DNA of 64,000 nucleotides from Bacteroidota bacterium (GTDB lineage Bacteria; Bacteroidota; Bacteroidia; Chitinophagales; Chitinophagaceae): NCBI GenBank assembly GCA_018267675.1, contig JAFDYA010000038.1, positions 557 to 64,556 of the forward strand, read 5' to 3'. Shown piece by piece: positions 55,555 to 64,000 of this stretch (position 1 is its first letter; each line of letters starts with the position of its first letter). The notes under the pieces were generated by a model. It saw only the letters and a program-made list of their open reading frames with translations, ran no database searches and was not told where the DNA came from. The position numbers and the translations under genes were made by a program.

Positions 55555-56973
55555 ATGGATATTCAGCTAAGCGCAAGTGAAGCGCAACTTTTTCAGAAAA
55601 TTCAGGAGGCTGCGTCTGTATTGGGCACGCCGGCCTATCTCATTGGCGGTTTTGTACGAGATAGAATCATCGGAAGGGTCTCGAAGGATGCGGATATCGT
55701 TTGCCTGGGTGACGGCATTGAGTTGGCACACAAAGTAGCTTCAAGCTTAAATCCCATTCCCAAAGTACATTTTTTTAAAAATTTTGGAACTGCTCAAATC
55801 AAGACTCAGGAATTTGAAATTGAGTTTGTGGGGGCACGCAAGGAGAGCTATAGTCCCGAATCACGGAATCCTCAAGTTGTTGCAGGTAGTTTGGAAGATG
55901 ATCAAAATCGACGGGATTTTACGATCAATGCACTTTCAATTTCCCTTAATAAGTCGGATTTCGGTCGGCTTATTGATCCATTTAATGGACTTGCAGATAT
56001 TGACGCAAAAATCATCAGAACCCCACTGGATCCGGATATTACCTTTTCCGATGATCCTCTTCGAATGATACGAGCCATTCGCTTTGCAACACAATTAGGG
56101 TACAGGATTCACCTAGAGACATTTGAAGCTATTTGTAGGAACGTTGCTCGGTTAAAGATTATCACCATTGAACGGATTACCGATGAGCTGACCAAAATAA
56201 TGAAGACGGACAATCCCTCTGTTGGGTTTGATTTACTTTTTCGCTCGGGCTTGCTCAACCAGTTCTTTCCGCAAATGTGTGCGCTTGCAGGTACTGAAAT
56301 GAAGGAAGGGAAGGGGCATAAAGATAATTTTTATCATACCCTACAAGTATTGGACAATGTGGCTGCCCGAAGCGAGAACATTTGGCTCCGCTGGGCAGCC
56401 GTACTGCATGATATTGCCAAACCGCCTACAAAGCGCTTTGAGCCCGGCCATGGTTGGACCTTTCATGGGCATGATGCACTTGGAGAAAGAATGGTACCCA
56501 AGATTTTTCGACAATTGAAGTTGAGTATGGGGGAGGAAATGCGCTATGTAGCAAAATTGGTCGGGCTCCATCTTCGGCCCATTTCCTTATCCAAGGAGGA
56601 TATCACAGACTCTGCCATGCGCCGCTTACTCTTTGATGCCGGTGCCGATCTGGAAGATTTGATGCTGCTTTGTGAGAGCGATATCACGAGCAAAAATGAG
56701 CATAAAGTGCGCCGTTATTTACAAAATTTCGCCTTCGTGAAGCAACGCTTGGTCGAAGTGGAAGAAGCAGATAAGATGCGAGCGTGGCAACCGCCAATTG
56801 ACGGTATCGAAATAATGGAATTATTCAACCTGCCTCCCGGAAAGGAAGTAGGTGTCTTGAAGACTAAGATCAGAGAAGCAATTTTAGATGGTGTGATCAC
56901 CAACGACAAAACTGCAGCCATGCACTATCTGCTGGAAGAGGCCGCTCAAATGGGCTTAACAAAAGCCAAGTAA
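55555..56973 (+). CDS. CCA-adding enzyme / poly(A) polymerase-family tRNA nucleotidyltransferase with HD domain
   Basis: 472 aa. Contains GGFVRD...DADIV (PolyA_pol head), RRDFTINA, and a later HD region (LHDIAKP). Confidence 0.88.
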   Translation: MDIQLSASEAQLFQKIQEAASVLGTPAYLIGGFVRDRIIGRVSKDADIVCLGDGIELAHKVASSLNPIPKVHFFKNFGTAQIKTQEFEIEFVGARKESYSPESRNPQVVAGSLEDDQNRRDFTINALSISLNKSDFGRLIDPFNGLADIDAKIIRTPLDPDITFSDDPLRMIRAIRFATQLGYRIHLETFEAICRNVARLKIITIERITDELTKIMKTDNPSVGFDLLFRSGLLNQFFPQMCALAGTEMKEGKGHKDNFYHTLQVLDNVAARSENIWLRWAAVLHDIAKPPTKRFEPGHGWTFHGHDALGERMVPKIFRQLKLSMGEEMRYVAKLVGLHLRPISLSKEDITDSAMRRLLFDAGADLEDLMLLCESDITSKNEHKVRRYLQNFAFVKQRLVEVEEADKMRAWQPPIDGIEIMELFNLPPGKEVGVLKTKIREAILDGVITNDKTAAMHYLLEEAAQMGLTKAK

Positions 56974-56978
56974 TAACG

Positions 56979-58079
56979 CTACAGTTCCTTTTCTGTATAA
57001 ACGGCATTGAAATTTTCTCCCTTACCGATACCCAATTTATTCAGGCAAAGATTGAGGCCAAACTCATTGTAGGCACCTACGATAGAATAATAACTACGGG
57101 CATAGTGTACTTGAAATTTATTAAGCTGTAGGGATGCGCCAAAGGCAAAACCAGCCAAGCCTTTTTTGTCAGCGAGTGCTAATTCTGCGCGGTGAAGATG
57201 ATTGTAGGAAACACCGATAGTCAGCCGTTTGCCCAAAGCAAGTTCAGCACCAAGGATCACATGACGAAAGAGCTTGTCTGCAAAATAATTTTTGCTCAAA
57301 CTGGAAGAATCTTTCCCCCCCGTGAGCGAATTACTGACTAAATCTGCCGGATTATTATAGCGGATATCCCATTCATAATGATGATGAACAGTGGCCATGA
57401 CGCGCAGCGGCATGTGTGCAAATCGTTTTGAAATGCCTAGCTGCAAATCAAAAGGAAGCGGCTCATCACTGGAACCTTCAAATTTCCGAAGCATGAAACC
57501 CATATTTTTGGCAGTGGCACCAATTGTGATCAAGTTTGCAGTATCGGTATAAAGGATGCCAACATCAGCCAGCATTGCGGATCCGCGGGATGCTGCATAG
57601 TTGGATTGCGCTAGTTTGATTGATGCTCCATAGCGCCAACGTTCCCCGTATTGTTTGCTCGCACCAATGCTTATCGCAAAATCGTTGGCTTTGAAATCAG
57701 CAGTTGTATTTCCGATATTGTCCCGCCCTTCAAAATTGCCGTAGTTCAAATATTGAACACCCAATACAAATGCGGTCTTTAGTTTAGGGGCATAATAGCC
57801 ATAGGCAAGATTGGAGATAGAAATACCCGCATAGTAGCCATTATATCCTAGCCCCAATTGATTATGTAGAGCAGGACGCATCTGTGCCGGATTTTGTAAG
57901 CTCAAACTTATGTCGTCCATAGGATTGCTCACATTGTTCCCACCCAATGCAGAGATATGCGCGGACTGCGGTAAATTCAGAAATTCAAAGACGTATTGAC
58001 CACCGGTCACCTGTGCTGAGCCAAACAGAGGCAGGCAAGTCAATAATGCAAGCAAGCGGGTTACTCCCCAAAACTTCAT
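56979..58079 (-). CDS. Outer-membrane beta-barrel protein, T9SS PorQ-like
   Basis: 366 aa. Signal peptide, then GGQYVFEFLNLPQSAHISALGG, an N-terminal block I associate with PorQ-family proteins. Assigned from memory only. Confidence 0.5.
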   Translation of the reverse strand: MKFWGVTRLLALLTCLPLFGSAQVTGGQYVFEFLNLPQSAHISALGGNNVSNPMDDISLSLQNPAQMRPALHNQLGLGYNGYYAGISISNLAYGYYAPKLKTAFVLGVQYLNYGNFEGRDNIGNTTADFKANDFAISIGASKQYGERWRYGASIKLAQSNYAASRGSAMLADVGILYTDTANLITIGATAKNMGFMLRKFEGSSDEPLPFDLQLGISKRFAHMPLRVMATVHHHYEWDIRYNNPADLVSNSLTGGKDSSSLSKNYFADKLFRHVILGAELALGKRLTIGVSYNHLHRAELALADKKGLAGFAFGASLQLNKFQVHYARSYYSIVGAYNEFGLNLCLNKLGIGKGENFNAVYTEKEL

Positions 58080-58148
58080 AGGCTAATATTCATGTTTCCG
58101 AACTCCGGAAACGCTACGGTAATGACAGAAACGGACTAGCACTCCAAA

Positions 58149-58976
58149 TTATTGCTGAGCAGCTTTTTCCATTTCCTCAATGATAGGGACTGAAACTCCG
58201 GTAAATGAAAATCCTCCATCATGAAACAAGTTTTGCATCGTCACCATGCGGGTCATGTCACTAAAAAGAAGGGTAGTGTAGTTGGCGCAATCATCAGCAC
58301 TGGCATTACCCAAGGGACTCATCTTTTCCGCATAGGTAAGAAACGCATCAAAGCCGCCCACTCCGGAGCCTGCAGTGGTCACGGTTGGCGATTGCGAAAT
58401 CGTGTTTACCCGCACTTTTTTTGCAAAGCCATAATAGTACCCAAATGAGCGTGCAATACTTTCCAATAGAGCTTTTGTGTCCGCCATGTCGTTATAACCG
58501 GGGAAGCTGCGCTGTGCTGCAATGTAGGAAAGCGCCACCACCGAACCCCATTCGTTAATTGCATCTAGCTTCATGGAGCATTGCAATAATCGGTGTAGTG
58601 AAAGGGCTGAGATGTCAATTGTTTTATGAAAATTCTCGTAGCTGGTCTCAGTATAAGGAATATTCTTCCGCACATTAGGACTCATCCCAATAGAATGGAG
58701 CATGAAGTCCACTTTCCCGCCAAAATGTGCCATTGCTTCGTTGAGCAATTTTTCAAGATCTTCGTTTGAAGTAGCATCAGCACCAATCACCGGGCAGTCA
58801 CCGCAAAGCGCGGCGAGTTCTTTGATTTTACCCATCCGCAAAGCTATCGGAGCATTGCTCAAGATGATTTCAGCACCTTCGTCATAGCAGCGCAGGGCTG
58901 TCTTCCATGCGATGGAGCGTTCGTCTAGCGCACCAAAAATGATTCCTTTCTTTCCTTTTAAAAGTGAGTGTGCCAT
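58149..58976 (-). CDS. fabI: Enoyl-[acyl-carrier-protein] reductase (NADH)
   Basis: LKGKKGIIFGALDERSIAW N-terminus and an SDR fold with the FabI-type Y...K. ATG at 58976; the track start 58982 is TTG. Confidence 0.9.
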   Translation of the reverse strand: MAHSLLKGKKGIIFGALDERSIAWKTALRCYDEGAEIILSNAPIALRMGKIKELAALCGDCPVIGADATSNEDLEKLLNEAMAHFGGKVDFMLHSIGMSPNVRKNIPYTETSYENFHKTIDISALSLHRLLQCSMKLDAINEWGSVVALSYIAAQRSFPGYNDMADTKALLESIARSFGYYYGFAKKVRVNTISQSPTVTTAGSGVGGFDAFLTYAEKMSPLGNASADDCANYTTLLFSDMTRMVTMQNLFHDGGFSFTGVSVPIIEEMEKAAQQ

Positions 58977-59265
58977 GTGCAAATATTTGGCCGCTAAAGT
59001 AGGCAGGATTTGCCTTTCTGCACTGTCTATTATTTCGCTAGATCAGGAAGCAGGCGGGAGGACTTGAAATTAGTTCTTGCAGTATTAATAGAATTTTCGT
59101 TTGCCTGTTTTTCTATTTACCTGCTGATAAAGGAATTTTTTTGAGTACAAATTTTGAAGCAATGGTTCACTGCCCTATACTAGGCTCTTGTAGGATATGG
59201 CTTGAATGAATTTTCTCTTGTTTTCAGGTGATTTTTTCGTACTTTCGCGGCTCATTTCCCGCATC

Positions 59266-60222
59266 ATGCAGCCTACGGTCAAGATTTTTTCCGGTACAAG
59301 TTCAGCGTATCTGGCTGAAAAGATTTCAAAAGCATTTGGTCAAAAGCTTGGTGCTTGCAAAATGCAGAAGTTCAGTGATGGGGAGTTTCAGCCGGTTTTT
59401 GAAGAAAACATCCGTGGTGATTATGTTTTTTTAGTTCAAAGCACATACGCTCCCACTGATAACTTGATGGAACTCCTGCTCATGATTGATGCCGCAAGAA
59501 GAGCTTCTGCAGGCTATATCACTGCTGTGATTCCTTACTTTGGCTTTGCCCGTCAGGATCGGAAAGACAAGCCTCGGGTTTCAATCGCATCTAAGCTCAT
59601 TGCCAATATTCTATCTGAAGCGGGTGCCGACCGGGTAATGACCATGGATCTTCATGCACCCCAAATTCAGGGCTTCTTTGATATTCCGGTGGACCACTTG
59701 GATTCCTCAGCAATCTTTATCCCGTACATTGAGAAGCTTAATATTGAAAACCTCACCTTTGCCTCGCCGGACGTTGGATCCACCAATCGAGTGCGGGAAG
59801 TAGCCGCCTACTTTGGTGCAGAAATGGTAATCTGTGATAAGCAACGGAAACGTGCTAATGAAATTGCCTCAATGACGGTAATTGGTGACGTGACAGGACA
59901 GAATGTTGTCCTGATAGATGATATCTGCGATACCGCCGGCACCCTCACAAAGAGTGCAGCCTTGCTCAAAGAACGTGGTGCCAAGTCAGTGCGAGCGTTC
60001 TGTACCCATCCAGTGTTGAGCGGAAACGCCTACCATAATATTAATAATAGTGTCCTGGAACAATTGGTGGTTTGTGATACCATTCCATTGAAGCAAACTA
60101 GCGACAAAATAGAAGTGCTCTCAACAGGCGATCTATTTGCGACAGCCATTCGTAATACCTACGAAAATAAGTCAATCAGTTCCCTCTTCATACATTCCAA
60201 CCGAAAGGCTATGAATGCATAA
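59266..60222 (+). CDS. prs: Ribose-phosphate pyrophosphokinase
   Basis: ATG at 59266 (MQPTVKIFSGTSS...). Contains YFGFARQDRK, DLHAPQIQGFF and LIDDICDTAGT. Confidence 0.95.
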   Translation: MQPTVKIFSGTSSAYLAEKISKAFGQKLGACKMQKFSDGEFQPVFEENIRGDYVFLVQSTYAPTDNLMELLLMIDAARRASAGYITAVIPYFGFARQDRKDKPRVSIASKLIANILSEAGADRVMTMDLHAPQIQGFFDIPVDHLDSSAIFIPYIEKLNIENLTFASPDVGSTNRVREVAAYFGAEMVICDKQRKRANEIASMTVIGDVTGQNVVLIDDICDTAGTLTKSAALLKERGAKSVRAFCTHPVLSGNAYHNINNSVLEQLVVCDTIPLKQTSDKIEVLSTGDLFATAIRNTYENKSISSLFIHSNRKAMNA

Positions 60223-60382
60223 TCATAATCGAATCTAAGCTCTGTTTAAACAACAAAATCCGTTTCCTGCAGTTTGCAGGTACACTTCACAAAACAATAA
60301 TTAAATCACAGCCCATTCAAAGTCGGACGTTCAAACGGATATTTCGTGTGCACCTTGAAAGGCTACAAAATTGAATCACGCA

Positions 60383-60973
60383 ATGAAAAGCGTAAAAATT
60401 GAAGGAAATGTCAGAAGCGAATTTGGTAAGACACCAACGCGCCATCTTCGAGCAGACGGACAAGTGCCTTGCGTAATCTACGGAGGCGAAAAGGAAGTTC
60501 ATTTCTCTGCACCAATCTTGGCTTTCCGCCCTTTGGTGTACACGCCGGACTTTCAGCTTGCTGAAATCACAGTGAACGGAACTACTTACAAATGCATCCT
60601 CAAGGACAAGCAATTTGACGTAGTAACAGACGAACTCGCCCATCTGGACTTCCTTGAGCTAGTGCCAGGTAAGCGTGTAAGCGCAACACTTCCATTGAAA
60701 TACACCGGCTCTCCTGCAGGTGTTAAAGCGGGTGGTCGTTTGGAGCTAAAAATTAAGGCTCTGAAAGTGCGCACCATGCCCGAAAACTTGAAAGAGGCAA
60801 TTGAAGTGGACATCACAAACTTGAACTTGAACGAGAACTTGCGCGTACAAGATGTTGTTGCTGAAAACATGGAAATCATGAATTCTCCACGTATTCCAAT
60901 CGCATCTATCGTGATGACTCGTCAGTTGAAACAAGAAGCTACTGAAAGCGCGAAAGCTGCCGGTAAGAAATAA
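60383..60973 (+). CDS. rplY: 50S ribosomal protein L25 / general stress protein Ctc
   Basis: ATG at 60383 (MKSVKIEGNVRSEFGK...LRADGQVPCVIYGG). Has the long Ctc form with a C-terminal extension. Confidence 0.92.
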   Translation: MKSVKIEGNVRSEFGKTPTRHLRADGQVPCVIYGGEKEVHFSAPILAFRPLVYTPDFQLAEITVNGTTYKCILKDKQFDVVTDELAHLDFLELVPGKRVSATLPLKYTGSPAGVKAGGRLELKIKALKVRTMPENLKEAIEVDITNLNLNENLRVQDVVAENMEIMNSPRIPIASIVMTRQLKQEATESAKAAGKK

Positions 60974-60997
60974 GGCTTATTGAATTTCTTGGTAAAG

Positions 60998-61027
60998 GCC
61001 CTGTCTTCTTTGGAGACGGGGCTTTTT
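60998..61027 (+). terminator. Intrinsic terminator after rplY
   Basis: GCCCTGTCT...AGACGGGGC stem (one G-U pair) followed by TTTTT. Confidence 0.65.
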
Positions 61028-61063
61028 GTTGCCTACATAAATTTGGCTTCTCGGGATTGGAAA

Positions 61064-61909
61064 TTATAAAAATAGATCGCGCTGCAACGGCCCACCGGGT
61101 ACTACAGCATACCGTTCAAAATCGTGGATACCTGCTGCATGAAGTACCTCTTCATCCAAAAATAGATTTCCGCTACAATCATTCGCAGCGCGACTAAGAA
61201 TATGAAAAGCCGCATCAGCTACAATTTCCGGCTTCCGGCTTCGGTTGATCAACGCATCACCCCCCAAGAGATTCTGTACTGCAGCAGTAGCTATTGTCGT
61301 TACCGGCCAAAGCGAATTTGCGGCAATGGGAATGTTTTTAAATTCTTCAGCCCAGCCTAGACTCATCATACTCATGTTGAACTTACTAATGGTATAAGCT
61401 ACACTCGGTGCCAGCCATTGTGGCGAAAGTGAGATTGGCGGGGAAAGAGTGAGTATGTGCGCTTGATCAGATTTTTTTAAATAGGGCAGACAATGTTGCG
61501 TAACTAAGAAGGTGCCTCGTACATTGATTGCGTACATCAAGTCAAAACGCTTAGCAGTAGTTTCGGCAGTACCTGTTAGAGCGATTGCAGATGCATTGTT
61601 TATTACCCCATCAATACCGCCAAAATGAGCGGCACCTTTGCTCACAGCTGCAATAATTTGTTCTTCGTCTCGGATATCGCAAACCACGGGAAAAGCCTTT
61701 CCGCCAATTGCTTCAATCTCTTGAGCAGCACTAAAGATGGTACCGCCGAGCTTAGGATTTTCTTCTGTACTCTTTGCTGCAACTATGATTTGTGCCCCTT
61801 CTTGAGCCAATCTTAACGCGATCGCCTTGCCGATTCCTCTACTCGCACCTGTGATGAAATAGGTCCTATTGTCGAGCAATTTTCCCGGAGGATGTAGTGG
61901 GTCGGCCAT
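61064..61909 (-). CDS. SDR-family oxidoreductase
   Basis: 281 aa. Contains ITGASRGIGKAIA (TGxxxGxG) and Y...K (YTISK). Confidence 0.88.
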   Translation of the reverse strand: MADPLHPPGKLLDNRTYFITGASRGIGKAIALRLAQEGAQIIVAAKSTEENPKLGGTIFSAAQEIEAIGGKAFPVVCDIRDEEQIIAAVSKGAAHFGGIDGVINNASAIALTGTAETTAKRFDLMYAINVRGTFLVTQHCLPYLKKSDQAHILTLSPPISLSPQWLAPSVAYTISKFNMSMMSLGWAEEFKNIPIAANSLWPVTTIATAAVQNLLGGDALINRSRKPEIVADAAFHILSRAANDCSGNLFLDEEVLHAAGIHDFERYAVVPGGPLQRDLFL

Positions 61910-62042
61910 GATGAAGGAGTAAAAAATTCCATTAAAGATAACTAAACAGCTTCATTATAACAGCCTATTTTCAATACTCCTGATTTTGTAGAAATATTTT
62001 AAGGTAGAAAATAGGTTATTGAAATTCAAGGAATGCCCGTTA

Positions 62043-62633
62043 CTACCCACCTGGTACTTGACTTTTCTCCACGGTCACTTGTCCGCTGAGGTTATAGATT
62101 TGGTAGGCGGAGAAGTCTTGATTTGCTTCCATGCCGGTACCGTTTAGGATTTGTGTTTTGGTGATGATGCGCACAGGCTTTTCACTGAAGAATTTCTGCA
62201 TTTTTTGATTCCAAACAAGCTCTGAGGTTTGCAATTCTTCACCCTTGTCATTGACAATTTTTACGCTGTCCCGAATTAAGACATTGTTTTCTTGTTCGTA
62301 CCAGCGCGCGTAGCGCGCGGTAAGGGTGTTTTTTATCCGTAAGCTATCATCAAAAAACGCAACATTTAGCCCATCTTTCAATTCCGTATAAGGTGGGTTG
62401 GCCGATATGGCTCTGATGAAAGTGTGGGCAAAGATTCGTGTAGTAAGGTGCCCGGCACGGCTGTAAAGTATGGTCACTTCTTTCCCTTTTTCGTCACCAA
62501 GATTAGTTTTGCTCATGGCGTCTTCAATCTCTTTATTACTATTGGTACAAGCGCCAAGCAACAGCAAAAAACAAAAACCCGGAAGAAAAATCCGGGCAAA
62601 TGATTGAACTGTTTTTCTGCTTCGTCTAGTCAT
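62043..62633 (-). CDS. lptC: LptC-like LPS-export periplasmic protein (lipoprotein form)
   Basis: About 196 aa from the ATG at 62633. Lipobox (LLLGAC) and an OstA/LptC-like beta-jellyroll size. Has the conserved coaX-OMP-lptC synteny. Overlaps the upstream stop by 8 nt. Confidence 0.65.
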   Translation of the reverse strand: MTRRSRKTVQSFARIFLPGFCFLLLLGACTNSNKEIEDAMSKTNLGDEKGKEVTILYSRAGHLTTRIFAHTFIRAISANPPYTELKDGLNVAFFDDSLRIKNTLTARYARWYEQENNVLIRDSVKIVNDKGEELQTSELVWNQKMQKFFSEKPVRIITKTQILNGTGMEANQDFSAYQIYNLSGQVTVEKSQVPGG

Positions 62634-63906
62634 ATTTCCGTTTGATAAACCAACGGTCATTTAATGAGATGCCCAAGTGCAACTTAAAATAGTTGGATTG
62701 AACCAATCCATTCGTTGTAGCTCCGCGTCGGCCAAACTCCAAGGCCGTGTGAATACGGTCTGTACTCCGCTTGAACGGGAATGAAGCACCAACCGTGAAG
62801 CCATAGTAATTCAAAGCTGTGTTACGCAGGTTCACGTAGTCGTTCCCATAATAGAAACCGGCGCGGTAGGTAACCCTGGAAAGGTAGCTATAAACACTTG
62901 CAGGTAGGGGAGTGTATTCCCCGCCCAGAGCCAAGCGAAGAGTTTTTGAATTGATATTGCTGTCCGTCTGACCAAAATTTCTGAATTGGCTCCAGTCCAT
63001 TTGGGTGGCATCAAGAGCAAGGCTCCAATTACTTCCCCCAAGGCTGGCACCAATACTATAGGTCGCCGGCAGTTGTATCTTACCATCTTTTTCAGATGCA
63101 GTATATGCAGTATCACTCACCTCTGTAGTTCCCATATAAAAGAACGAACCGCTGTAGGCCGTTTGTGTACCATTGAGTGCTTGCCCCCATTCCGCAGTGG
63201 CGCCTACCCGAACATTCCAGCCATTGAGCAAGGTATCGTAATACTGTATTCCTGCTTTAAAATGCAGGCCACCCAGTCGTGTTTGCTTTGAAAACTCTGT
63301 ACCGAGAACATGTGTTGTATCCAAATTGACCAATCGGCTAGTATTGTTGATATTCCCAAACATATAGCCGAAATTTAGGCCAAAGGAAAAGCCATGTGTC
63401 TCACCGGCGGCACCTATAAATGCATAGTTCAAGCCACCGTCCCCAAGATATTCCGATGCCGTTTTACCAAATCCGTTGATGGTACTGCTGTCCACATTGT
63501 GGTAAAAAATGTGAGTTGTTGGCTGCAAGCCCAGGGCCACACCGGCGTGTTTACTTACCGGGAAGCCAAGCCTGAGATTGGCCAAGCTGGCTGATCCGGT
63601 GTTGTAGCTTTTGTTATTTGTGGTTATCGTGCGCATGCTCCCTGTGAAGCCGGCCTCATATGTAGTGAGCCGTATAGAAGCGTAGGAAGCAGGATTGTCC
63701 GTATTAACTGCGGTTGCATTTTGAAATGCCGTGGAAGTATAGCCCATCCCTCTATTGAGCACATTTGTCCCAGTTAGTGGTTCACCAATGCCGAAGCGGG
63801 AGTAGGGGTCGTTTTCTTTGTTAGAATTTCCATTCTGTGCGGAAGCTGCTGTTGCGGTCAAGAATAAAGCCGCCGTGAGTAGCTGCCTAACGGAGAAATC
63901 GCGCAT
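62626..63906 (-). CDS. Conserved hypothetical outer-membrane beta-barrel (porin-like) protein
   Basis: 426 aa. Signal peptide (…AASAQ), a DPYSRFGIGE block, and Gly/Tyr-rich strands. Confidence 0.6.
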   Translation of the reverse strand: MRDFSVRQLLTAALFLTATAASAQNGNSNKENDPYSRFGIGEPLTGTNVLNRGMGYTSTAFQNATAVNTDNPASYASIRLTTYEAGFTGSMRTITTNNKSYNTGSASLANLRLGFPVSKHAGVALGLQPTTHIFYHNVDSSTINGFGKTASEYLGDGGLNYAFIGAAGETHGFSFGLNFGYMFGNINNTSRLVNLDTTHVLGTEFSKQTRLGGLHFKAGIQYYDTLLNGWNVRVGATAEWGQALNGTQTAYSGSFFYMGTTEVSDTAYTASEKDGKIQLPATYSIGASLGGSNWSLALDATQMDWSQFRNFGQTDSNINSKTLRLALGGEYTPLPASVYSYLSRVTYRAGFYYGNDYVNLRNTALNYYGFTVGASFPFKRSTDRIHTALEFGRRGATTNGLVQSNYFKLHLGISLNDRWFIKRKYD

Positions 63907-64000
63907 TATGTTTCAGGATTTGGTAAAGTCCCTTTAGGATAATTTTAGGGTCGGCAAATATCGAGCTTTTGATATGGCGTGCCAAAAGTGCAGCATCGCC
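63887..64000 (-). CDS. coaX: Type III pantothenate kinase, C-terminal 37 aa only (rest beyond window)
   Basis: The minus-strand frame reads ...GDAALLARHIKSSIFADPKIILKGLYQILKHNARFLR*, the typical CoaX C-terminus (GGDA...L.GL..I). Overlaps the next gene's start by 20 nt. Confidence 0.6.
   Translation of the reverse strand, partial: GDAALLARHIKSSIFADPKIILKGLYQILKHNARFLR

Noticed and set aside
58093-58111. A 7-bp hairpin GTTTCCG-AACTC-CGGAAAC between fabI and the PorQ-like gene.
   Set aside because: The stem is short with no flanking U-tract. It could be a weak terminator, but I cannot support that from sequence alone.
1-64000. A scan for CRISPR arrays, tandem repeats, IS elements, rRNA, tmRNA/RNase P/SRP RNA, and restriction, toxin-antitoxin or other defence gene pairs.
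   Set aside because: No regularly spaced repeats, transposase or integrase motifs, or recognisable stable-RNA signatures were seen beyond the three tRNAs. The gene content is otherwise core housekeeping and envelope.

Overview
This is a 64-kb chromosomal window from a Bacteroidota genome. The lineage call (probably Chitinophagia or Sphingobacteriia) rests on TAnnTTTG promoter boxes, gldF/gldG, T9SS C-terminal sorting domains, a MurF-Alr fusion, a BlaR1-TonB fusion and SusC-style receptors. It holds about 60 tightly packed protein genes on both strands plus three tRNAs (Cys-GCA, Leu-CAA, Val-TAC). Most genes are housekeeping: uvrC, uvrA, mutY, ssb, argS, trpS, purM, prs, L25, fabI, rsmE, a CCA-adding enzyme, murF-alr, lptC and a coaX fragment. 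Others are envelope or gliding genes: an LptD-like protein, GT9, GT2, gldF, gldG, a GldE-like protein, a PorQ-like protein and several signal-peptide beta-barrel proteins. I saw no rRNA, CRISPR array, transposase, integrase or prophage genes. Five things deserve a second look. (1) An orphan 208-aa gene at 47628..48254, bracketed by tRNA-Leu and tRNA-Val, carries the three catalytic motifs of the anthrax-EF/CyaA/ExoY toxin-type nucleotidyl cyclases in a strongly minimised form. (2) A translationally coupled NorC-like cytochrome c and NorB-like haem-copper-oxidase pair (27908..29664) has altered metal ligands: the helix-VI ligand His reads Asn, and the universal helix-X H-x-H reads H-x-M. (3) An ArsR-SRPBCC-DoxX-YdeI operon has twin palindromic operators, and ACG sits exactly where the regulator's ATG is expected. 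(4) A GC-rich hairpin-bearing repeat family sits between convergent genes. (5) A BlaI/BlaR1-TonB pair is preceded by twin 16-bp dyad operators. All functional calls come from reading the translated ORFs and recalling family motifs; no searches were run.
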